A DNA stretch of 64,000 nt, taken from contig JAMPAL010000004.1 of assembly GCA_023667245.1 (NCBI GenBank), positions 1,063 to 65,062 of the forward strand, in the 5' to 3' direction. The position numbers and the translations under genes were made by a program. This DNA is from Anaeroplasma bactoclasticum. GTDB lineage: Bacteria; Bacillota_I; Bacilli_A; ML615J-28; CAG-313. Below are positions 57,013 to 64,000 of the stretch, in pieces. The notes below the pieces were generated by a model. That model saw only the letters and a program-made list of their open reading frames with translations, made no database searches and was not told the DNA's origin. Position 1 is the first letter of the stretch. Each line of letters starts with the position of its first letter.

Positions 57013-58437
57013 ATGAAAAAATTTGATACACAAGTTCAATATTTAAAATATAAAGTATTAAGAGAAGTAGCAAGAAAAGCTTGGGATGATACGTTGTATG
57101 AAAAAATATTGGATATACCCAAAATTATTATTCCAGGCCCCACCCCAACTACAAGATGTTGTATTTATAAAGAAAGAGCAATTGTTGAAGAAAGAATTAA
57201 GATTGCTATGGGTGGAGATAAATCAAATCCCAATGTCATAGAAGTCATTGATTTAGCTTGTGATGAATGTCCTGTTGCAGGATACGAAGTAACAGATGTA
57301 TGTAGAGGTTGTCTTGCACATCGTTGTCAAGATGCGTGTAAGAAAGATGCCATTTATTTTGATCACAACCAAAAAGCCCATATTGATAAATCTAAATGTG
57401 TAGAGTGTGGAAAGTGTTCTGCAGTATGCCCATATGGTGCTATTGTGAATTTTAAAAGACCATGTGAAAAATCATGTAAAGTAAAAGCGATTTCTATGGG
57501 ACCCAATAAGGCAGCTAAAATTGATAATGATAAATGTATTTCTTGTGGCTCATGTGTTTACCAATGTCCATTCGGCGCTATTATGGATAAATCTTATATT
57601 ATCAATGTCATTGATATTTTGAAAAAAAGTCAACATAATCAAAAATATAAAACTTATGCAGTAGTAGCTCCATCCATATCTAGTCAATTTGTGCATGCCA
57701 AATTAGGACAAGTTATTTCAGGCATCAAAGAATTAGGATTCTTTACAGTGGTAGAAGCTGCTCTTGGTGCTGATATGGTGGCATATAAGGAAACACAAGA
57801 ATTAATAGAAAAGGGCTTTTTAACCAGCTCATGTTGTCCTGCTTTTGTGATGTATATTAGAAAGAATTTCCCTAAATTGGTAGAACATATTTCGCACAAT
57901 TTGTCTCCTGCCGCAGAAATTGCAAAATATATTAAAGAGACAGATCCAACCGCAAAAGTGATTTTTATTGGTCCATGTACTGCTAAGAAGGCTGAATTTC
58001 AACAAGAAATGCAGAAACAATATGTTGATTCTGTATTGACATTTGAAGAATTGCAAGCCCTTTTTGATAGTAAAGATTTAGATATTTATTCATTATCAGA
58101 AGATGTTTTAGATAATGCGTCTTATTATGGTAGAATCTTTGCTAGAAGTGGAGGTTTAACGGATGCTGTAAAACAGGCATTAATTGAATTGGGACAAACG
58201 GAGTTTGAAGTAAAGCCAGTCGTATGTAATGGAATTGAAGAATGTCGAATGGCCCTATTAAAAGTTGGCAAAATTGATATTGGTAACTTTATTGAAGGAA
58301 TGGCTTGTGTAGGCGGATGTATTGCTGGAGCAGGTTGTTTAACTCATGGTGAAAAAAATAAAGCAGAAGTAGATAAATACGGTATGGAAGCATACGAAAA
58401 AACCATTCAGGATGCTATCAAAGTGCTAAAAAAATAG
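57013..58437 (+). CDS. [FeFe]-hydrogenase homologue, monomeric group-B-like (HfsD-like)
   Basis: ATG 57013 follows AGGTGAAAA. N-terminal region IIPGPTPTTRCCIYKERAIVEERIK. Several 4Fe-4S motifs (CVECGKCSAVCP, CISCGSCVYQCP). H-domain motifs LTSSCCPAFV, IGPCTAKKAE and EGMACVGGCIAGAGC. Confidence 0.8.
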   Translation: MKKFDTQVQYLKYKVLREVARKAWDDTLYEKILDIPKIIIPGPTPTTRCCIYKERAIVEERIKIAMGGDKSNPNVIEVIDLACDECPVAGYEVTDVCRGCLAHRCQDACKKDAIYFDHNQKAHIDKSKCVECGKCSAVCPYGAIVNFKRPCEKSCKVKAISMGPNKAAKIDNDKCISCGSCVYQCPFGAIMDKSYIINVIDILKKSQHNQKYKTYAVVAPSISSQFVHAKLGQVISGIKELGFFTVVEAALGADMVAYKETQELIEKGFLTSSCCPAFVMYIRKNFPKLVEHISHNLSPAAEIAKYIKETDPTAKVIFIGPCTAKKAEFQQEMQKQYVDSVLTFEELQALFDSKDLDIYSLSEDVLDNASYYGRIFARSGGLTDAVKQALIELGQTEFEVKPVVCNGIEECRMALLKVGKIDIGNFIEGMACVGGCIAGAGCLTHGEKNKAEVDKYGMEAYEKTIQDAIKVLKK

Positions 58438-58486
58438 TTTGTTCAATGGTTTTGCAAAAGATTTGCTTATCCATATGAAGTATGCT

Positions 58487-58523
58487 AAAATTACCTCATA
58501 TATAATATGTGAGGTAATTTTTT
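58487..58523 (+). terminator. intrinsic terminator ending the rex-adhE-hfs unit
   Basis: AAAATTACCTCA-(11 nt)-TGAGGTAATTTT followed by TT, ending 1 nt before ATG 58524. Confidence 0.75.
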
Positions 58524-59372
58524 ATGGACAATACTCATTTCGTTCAAGAAGAAATAGAGGTTATATCTACAGTTAACCAAGCATTACGACAAAGTTATTT
58601 TCGATATGAGAAAAAGATGAACATATTCAATTTTACAATTTTTATTTGTTGCTTTATTGTCTTGATTTTGGTGGGATTGCTTCTATCTTCCATAGTTATA
58701 ATAGGAATTGGCGTAGGGATTATGCTATTTTTATTATTGATGTTAATTATTGTGTTGATAAATGTGCACAAGCGATCCAAATTGTCTTGTGATGTATCCT
58801 ATGATGAATTTGTTTTTGTATCAGATGCATTCATAGTAACAGAAAAATCAAAATCTAATTCGTCTACAACAAAGATTTTGTATACGCAAATCGTTGGAAT
58901 TGTAGAAAATAAAGATTTCTTTTTGATTCAATTGGTAGACAATAGAGGCTACCTTATTGAAGTAAATGGCAATGAACAGGCACTTTGGAAGATTAAAAGA
59001 ATGATATTTCCGTATGTGAAAATATTCAATCAAATTAAGGTAAATAAGAAGACAAGCGTTGAAGAATGTGAATATTTTGATAATGCTTTAAAGTTATCAC
59101 CTGGTATGGTATCTGCTCTAAATGCATTATTGACATTTGCTTCACTCATTGTCGGGATGTTTTGTGTTTATATCGATCAAAATACATTATGGCCATTTGT
59201 GTTATTTCCAGTGGTTTTAGTTTTGCAACTCGGTATAATCGGATTAGGTGTTTTTCTAGGTATCAAAAGTGGTCAACCTAAAAAGAGTATTCTTGCAATA
59301 GTAATGGGGAGTATACTGTTTTTTTCGGAATTGATGATATGTTTATCTTATGTCATACTGCATTATTTATAA
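58524..59372 (+). CDS. membrane protein with YcxB-like central domain
   Basis: Two N-terminal TM helices, a soluble segment (ILYTQIVGIVENKDFFLIQLVDNRGYLIEVNG) and three or four C-terminal TM helices. Confidence 0.5.
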   Translation: MDNTHFVQEEIEVISTVNQALRQSYFRYEKKMNIFNFTIFICCFIVLILVGLLLSSIVIIGIGVGIMLFLLLMLIIVLINVHKRSKLSCDVSYDEFVFVSDAFIVTEKSKSNSSTTKILYTQIVGIVENKDFFLIQLVDNRGYLIEVNGNEQALWKIKRMIFPYVKIFNQIKVNKKTSVEECEYFDNALKLSPGMVSALNALLTFASLIVGMFCVYIDQNTLWPFVLFPVVLVLQLGIIGLGVFLGIKSGQPKKSILAIVMGSILFFSELMICLSYVILHYL

Positions 59373-59406
59373 GCGCATAAAAGTACAATGCGCTTTTTTG
59401 TTTTTT
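59371..59406 (+). terminator. intrinsic terminator
   Basis: AAGCGCAT-aaaagtaca-ATGCGCTT followed by a T-run. Confidence 0.8.
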
Positions 59407-59460
59407 AATAAATTAGTCGAAAAATATTCAAAATCAGTGGATGATTTTTATTCGTTTTGG

Positions 59461-59489
59461 TTGACTTATTATTTGAAGTGTTATATAAT
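59461..59489 (+). promoter_or_regulatory. sigma-A promoter for topA
   Basis: TTGACT, a 17-nt spacer, then TATAAT. Confidence 0.65.
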
Positions 59490-59518
59490 CAAAACACAAA
59501 ATGATGACGAGGTGTTTT

Positions 59519-61645
59519 ATGAAATTACTCATCGTGGAATCTCCAGCAAAGTGTAAAACCATAGGAAATTATTTAGGTGAAGAATATTTAGTAGAGTCTA
59601 GTATAGGTCATATTAGAGATCTCAAAATTAAAGGCAAAGGTGGATTCGGAGTAGATATCGAAAATAACTTTCAGCCTGAATATAGTATTTTAAAAGACAA
59701 AGGAGAAGTCGTTGAAAAATTAAAATCAGTTGCCAATTTGGCAGAACATATCTATTTAGCAACTGACCCTGACCGTGAGGGAGAAGCCATTAGTTGGCAT
59801 TTGAGTGAGGTACTAGAACAACCAGATGAAAAGGTTTCTAGAATTGTATTTAATGAAATTACTAAAAATGCAATACTAAAAGCGATTCAACATGATCGAG
59901 ATATAGATATGGATTTGGTGCATTCACAAGAATCAAGAAGAATATTAGACCGTATCATTGGATTTCGTTTATCTAGTTTACTTCAACAAAAAATAGGTTC
60001 AAAATCAGCTGGTCGAGTACAATCGGTTGCTTTGAAATTAGTAGTAGATCGTGAAAAGGAAATTGAGGCATTTGATAAGGTTGAATATTGGGATTTGGCT
60101 GCTATTTTAAATAAGGAAATAGCTGGAAATATATATACGTTACGGGCTAAATTTTTTGGCCGAAAAGATGAAAAGATGACACTTTCTTCTGAGGAGGAAA
60201 CCAATCAAGTCATAGCATCTTTAAAAGAAGATGAATACCAAATCATTGATATTAATAAGAAGGAAAGAAGTCGTGCTTCGCGTCCTCCTTTTATTACTTC
60301 AACGTTACAACAAGATGCTGGTGCGAAATTCAATTACAATGCAAAACGAGTGATGGGAATTGCCCAAAAGTTATATGAAGGTGTTGAACTTGGTAAAGAG
60401 CGTGTTGGTTTGATTACTTATATGCGTACTGACTCTATTCGTTTATCAGATGAGTTTGTTCGTTCAGCAAAACAATATATTACTGAAAAATATGGTGAAA
60501 AATATTATAAAGGAACCAAAAAAGCGCCCAAAGGAAAGAATATACAAGATGCGCATGAAGCTATCCGTCCAACCAATATTGCTAGAACACCAGAGAGTGT
60601 GAAAAAATACTTGGCTGCTGATGAATATAAAATCTATTCCTTAATATATAATAGAGCGATTGCCTCTTTAATGAGTGATGCTATATTAGAAGATACGAAA
60701 GTGGATATTGAAAATCAAGGATACATTTTTAATTTAACAGGTGAAATTACTTTATTTGATGGTTTTTTAACTATTTATGAAGAATCGAGTTTGGTTGATG
60801 AAGAAGAAAATTTGGATCACTTACCAGAGTTATCCATTGGAGAAAATTTATCCTTTCAAGAAATTTCAAAGGAACAGAAATTTACTTCACCACCATATCG
60901 CTATACTGAGGCAAGATTAATTCGTAAGATGGAAGAACTAGGAATTGGAAGACCTTCTACTTATGCATTAACAATGGAAACTTTGCGGGCAAGAGCATAT
61001 GTAGCGATGGAAAAGAAAACATTTGTACCTACTGCACAAGGAAGACTTACAACAGAGCAATTGGAATTGTTCTTTAGCAGTATTATTAATGTGAAATATA
61101 CAGCTGATATGGAAAATACATTAGATAAAATTGCTGAAGGTAATGCCATTTGGTATGAGGAACTTCGTAAATTCTATGATGTATTTGCCCCATTGATTGA
61201 AAATGCTAGAGACAATATGGTCAAAATATATCCCAAAATAACGGATGAATTTTGTCCTGAATGTGGGTTACCCTTATTTATTAGGCGTGGTCCATTTGGT
61301 GAATTCACGGCTTGCTCGGGTTATCCTCATTGTCATTACATCAAAAAAGCGCCAAAGAAGGAAGTGGTTACAACTGGAGTAACTTGTCCAATCTGTGGTG
61401 AGGGTGAGGTTGTCGAAAGAACAAGCGCAAGGGGCAGATCAAAAGGAGCATTATTTTATGCTTGTAGTCGTTTCCCAAAATGCAAAGCAACTTTTTCAGG
61501 TATTCCTACGGGAGAAAAGTGTGAAATTTGTGGTGCGCCAATGATTCGAGTAGGTGAAATTATTCGTTGTAATAGTGAACGCTGTAAATCCAATGTTGGA
61601 TTACTACCTCAAAAAGAAGAAAATAAAAAGATTGATAGTCAGTAG
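59519..61645 (+). CDS. topA: DNA topoisomerase I
   Basis: Begins MKLLIVESPAK (Toprim), with DPDREGE and the active-site region GLITYMRTDS. Three C-terminal Cys4 zinc ribbons. ATG 59519 follows GAGGTG. Confidence 0.97.
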   Translation: MKLLIVESPAKCKTIGNYLGEEYLVESSIGHIRDLKIKGKGGFGVDIENNFQPEYSILKDKGEVVEKLKSVANLAEHIYLATDPDREGEAISWHLSEVLEQPDEKVSRIVFNEITKNAILKAIQHDRDIDMDLVHSQESRRILDRIIGFRLSSLLQQKIGSKSAGRVQSVALKLVVDREKEIEAFDKVEYWDLAAILNKEIAGNIYTLRAKFFGRKDEKMTLSSEEETNQVIASLKEDEYQIIDINKKERSRASRPPFITSTLQQDAGAKFNYNAKRVMGIAQKLYEGVELGKERVGLITYMRTDSIRLSDEFVRSAKQYITEKYGEKYYKGTKKAPKGKNIQDAHEAIRPTNIARTPESVKKYLAADEYKIYSLIYNRAIASLMSDAILEDTKVDIENQGYIFNLTGEITLFDGFLTIYEESSLVDEEENLDHLPELSIGENLSFQEISKEQKFTSPPYRYTEARLIRKMEELGIGRPSTYALTMETLRARAYVAMEKKTFVPTAQGRLTTEQLELFFSSIINVKYTADMENTLDKIAEGNAIWYEELRKFYDVFAPLIENARDNMVKIYPKITDEFCPECGLPLFIRRGPFGEFTACSGYPHCHYIKKAPKKEVVTTGVTCPICGEGEVVERTSARGRSKGALFYACSRFPKCKATFSGIPTGEKCEICGAPMIRVGEIIRCNSERCKSNVGLLPQKEENKKIDSQ

Positions 61646-61660
61646 CCTATCAATCTTTTT
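61629..61660 (+). terminator. intrinsic terminator after topA (overlaps the stop codon)
   Basis: AAGATTGATAG-tcagtagc-CTATCAATCTT followed by TTT. Confidence 0.8.
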
Positions 61661-61671
61661 ATTTATAAGGG

Positions 61672-61700
61672 TTGAAAAAAATAAAAAAATATAGTATAAT
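61672..61700 (+). promoter_or_regulatory. sigma-A promoter for ftsY-ylxM-ffh
   Basis: TTGAAA, a 17-nt spacer, then TATAAT. Confidence 0.65.
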
Positions 61701-61746
61701 ACAAAAATAAGGATTAGACATAAGGTCTAATGAGAGGAGCAATATA

Positions 61747-62727
61747 ATGGGGTTATTTGATTTATTTAAAAAGAAAAAACAAAATGATACTTCAAAGAAA
61801 TATGAACTCGGTATGAAAAAAACAAGACAAGGGCTAATGGGGAAACTAAAAGCAATCTTGTCAGGTCATAAAGAAATTGATGAAGACCTATTTGATGATT
61901 TAACTGATGCCTTTATTATGGCTGATATTGGTGTAGAAACAACACTAGATTTTATTGAGGCACTTCAGGAAGATGAAAGAGTAGAAGGATTAACAAATGT
62001 AGAGGACTTACAACCGATTATTGTTGATAAAATGTTTGAATTATATCTAAAAGGAGAAATTGTCAATAATAATTTTAATTTACAAAAAGATGATTTGTCT
62101 GTTTTTTTATTCGTTGGTGTAAATGGTGTAGGAAAGACAACAACGATTGCTAAAATTGCCTATCGATTGAAAAAAGAGGGAAAAAAGATATTGCTTGCTG
62201 CGGGGGATACCTTTAGAGCAGGCGCAGTAGATCAATTAGAAGTATGGGCCAATCGTGTTGGAGTGGATATAGTAATTAAAAAAGGAGCAACGGATCCTTC
62301 TAGTGTTATTTTTGAGGCAGTGCAAAAGGCTAAACAAGAAAAGTATGATGTTCTATTGTGTGATACAGCAGGTCGGCTCCAAAATAAAACGAATCTAATG
62401 AAAGAATTGGAAAAGATGAATCGTGTGATTGCTCGTGAAGTAGAAAATGGTCCTCATGAAACCCTATTGGTCATAGATGCGACAACAGGTCAAAATGGAT
62501 TATCTCAAGCAGAAGCTTTTATGGAGGTTACCAATATTACTGGAGTTATTTTAACCAAATTAGACGGAACTAGTAAAGGCGGAATCGTACTTGCCATTCG
62601 GGATAAATATAATTTACCTATCAAAATGGTTGGACTGGGCGAAAAAATGGAAGATTTAGAATATTTTGATTTAGAGGATTATATTGGTGGATTATTTATT
62701 GGTTCAGAGGATGATGTAGATGCCTAA
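61747..62727 (+). CDS. ftsY: signal recognition particle receptor FtsY
   Basis: SRP-GTPase NG domain with GVNGVGKTTT, DTAGR and TKLDGTSKGG. Confidence 0.95.
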   Translation: MGLFDLFKKKKQNDTSKKYELGMKKTRQGLMGKLKAILSGHKEIDEDLFDDLTDAFIMADIGVETTLDFIEALQEDERVEGLTNVEDLQPIIVDKMFELYLKGEIVNNNFNLQKDDLSVFLFVGVNGVGKTTTIAKIAYRLKKEGKKILLAAGDTFRAGAVDQLEVWANRVGVDIVIKKGATDPSSVIFEAVQKAKQEKYDVLLCDTAGRLQNKTNLMKELEKMNRVIAREVENGPHETLLVIDATTGQNGLSQAEAFMEVTNITGVILTKLDGTSKGGIVLAIRDKYNLPIKMVGLGEKMEDLEYFDLEDYIGGLFIGSEDDVDA

Positions 62728-63043
62728 TACAATAGAAAAAAAAGATTATTATAATTTCTTATATACATACTATCAAAACTTATTTACAACAAAGCAGAGG
62801 GAAGTATTTGAAAGTTATTATTTTGAAGATTATAGTTTATCCGAGATATCGGAATCCCTTGGTGTTTCACGTAATGCCATTTGGGATTTATTAAAAAAAG
62901 TAGAACATAATTTAGATGAATATGAGTCAAAATTAGGGCTTTATCAAAAAAATAAGGTATTAGAAGCTTATTTGAATGATTTAATGTCTTATACCACTGA
63001 AGAAGGAAAAGTCATTATTCATCGGATCAAGGAGATGGAATAA
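62720..63043 (+). CDS. ylxM: YlxM/p13-like putative DNA-binding protein (UPF0122)
   Basis: Sigma-70 region-4-like HTH (LTTKQREVFESYYFEDYSLSEISESLGVSRNAIWDLLKK). Canonical position between ftsY and ffh. Confidence 0.8.
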   Translation: MPNTIEKKDYYNFLYTYYQNLFTTKQREVFESYYFEDYSLSEISESLGVSRNAIWDLLKKVEHNLDEYESKLGLYQKNKVLEAYLNDLMSYTTEEGKVIIHRIKEME

Positions 63044-63047
63044 AAGT

Positions 63048-64000
63048 ATATGCCGTTTGAGAATTTATCAGAAAAAATTCAATATTCATTAAGGAAATTA
63101 ACTGGACGTGGTAAAGTAAATGAAAAAGATATTGATGATGCTATGCGTGAAATTCGTGTATCATTACTTGAAGCAGACGTTAATTATAAAATTGTCAAAG
63201 AGTTTATTAATGAAGTAAAAGAATTGGCTTTAGGCGAGCGAGTGATGAAATCACTTACTCCAGGTGACCAAGTCGTTAAAATTGTTTATGAAGAATTAAT
63301 TAAATTGATGGGAGATGAAGCAGTACCTATTAATTTAAAAAAGTCAGGAACAAGTATTGTCTTGATGGTGGGATTACAAGGTAGTGGTAAGACAACTCAT
63401 GTTGGTAAACTAGCCAATTACTTACGAAAGAATAACAAATGTAAGCCATTAATGATTGCTGCAGACGTTTATCGGCCAGCTGCCATCAATCAGTTAGTTA
63501 CTATCGGAAAGCAACTAGATATTGAAGTATTCCAAATGGGAATACTAGCTAAACCACAAGCCATTGTGAAAAGTGGTTTAGATTATGCAAAAGAAAAAGG
63601 ATATAATTTAGTCCTCATTGATACAGCAGGGCGGCTTGCCATTGATGAAGTATTGATGCAGGAATTAGTTGAAATTAAACAAATTGTAAATCCTGATGAA
63701 ATATTATTGACTGTTGATGCGATGACAGGGCAAGATGCGGTCAATGTAGCGATGAAATTCCACGAAAAATTAGGTATAACAGGCTGCTTATTGACAAAAC
63801 TAGATAGTGATACTCGTGGTGGTGCCGCATTATCTATTCGCTATATGACACAAATTCCAATAAAATTTACTGGTCTTGGTGAAAAAATGGATGAAATTGA
63901 TGTATTCCATCCTGAACGTATGGCCAAGCGAATTCTTGGAATGGGGGATGTGCTAACCTTTATAGAAAAAGCACAAGCCTCTTTTGATGAAGAAGAAGCG
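63048..64000 (+). CDS. ffh: signal recognition particle protein Ffh, N-terminal part; 3' end outside window
   Basis: ATG 63048. Begins MPFENLSEKIQYSLRKLTGRGKV, with GLQGSGKTT, DTAGR and TKLDSDTRGG. Frame is open to the window end, so it is absent from the ORF track. Confidence 0.95.

Noticed and set aside
1-64000. CRISPR arrays, transposases or integrases, prophage or plasmid genes, rRNA and tRNA genes
   Set aside because: I found no spaced direct-repeat arrays, no recombinase- or transposase-like translations in any listed ORF, and no intergenic gap with rRNA or tRNA character. Every gap longer than 100 nt is accounted for by promoters, leaders or terminators.

Overview
Visibly AT-rich Bacillota (Firmicutes)-type chromosomal segment using the standard bacterial code. 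UGA works as a stop, for example at the cdsA/dxr ATGA overlap. I call 62 CDS, 59 of them on the + strand, tightly packed and often translationally coupled. Most intergenic gaps carry near-consensus sigma-A promoters (TTGACA-like, 17 nt, TATAAT) and clear intrinsic terminators.

Content is mostly housekeeping:
- aroA(partial)-tyrA-DAHP synthase, and potABCD behind an XRE/cupin regulator
- uppS-cdsA-dxr-rseP and nagA
- L20-leader-infC-rpmI-rplT, leuS, hpf and queH
- secA-prfB and recX
- FMN riboswitch-ribU-glycerate kinase
- a soluble FtsK-like translocase, then lepB-rbgA-rnhB
- a LysR regulator, rex-adhE, topA and ftsY-ylxM-ffh(partial)

I saw no rRNA or tRNA genes, CRISPR arrays, transposases, integrases or phage genes.

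Most interesting observations:
1. An apparent ~9 kb single transcription unit (49457-58523). It joins rex and adhE to an APH-fold kinase, two thioredoxin-like [2Fe-2S] proteins, a HydS/HfsB-type sensory [FeFe]-hydrogenase homologue with a PAS domain, a SpoIIE/PP2C phosphatase and a second group-B-like [FeFe]-hydrogenase homologue. I read this as a candidate H2/redox signalling module wired to ethanol fermentation.
2. A ~6 kb accessory stretch between nagA and infC (18.7-24.8 kb) with two uncharacterised ABC modules. One is headed by a secreted, Cys-free, Ser/Thr-rich beta-type protein with an amphipathic hairpin reminiscent of aerolysin/ETX-MTX2 pore formers.
3. A TM-less FtsK-family translocase translationally coupled to a single-pass membrane protein.
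4. Unusually elaborated Pot transporter components.

All family assignments come from motif recognition by eye. No searches were run.
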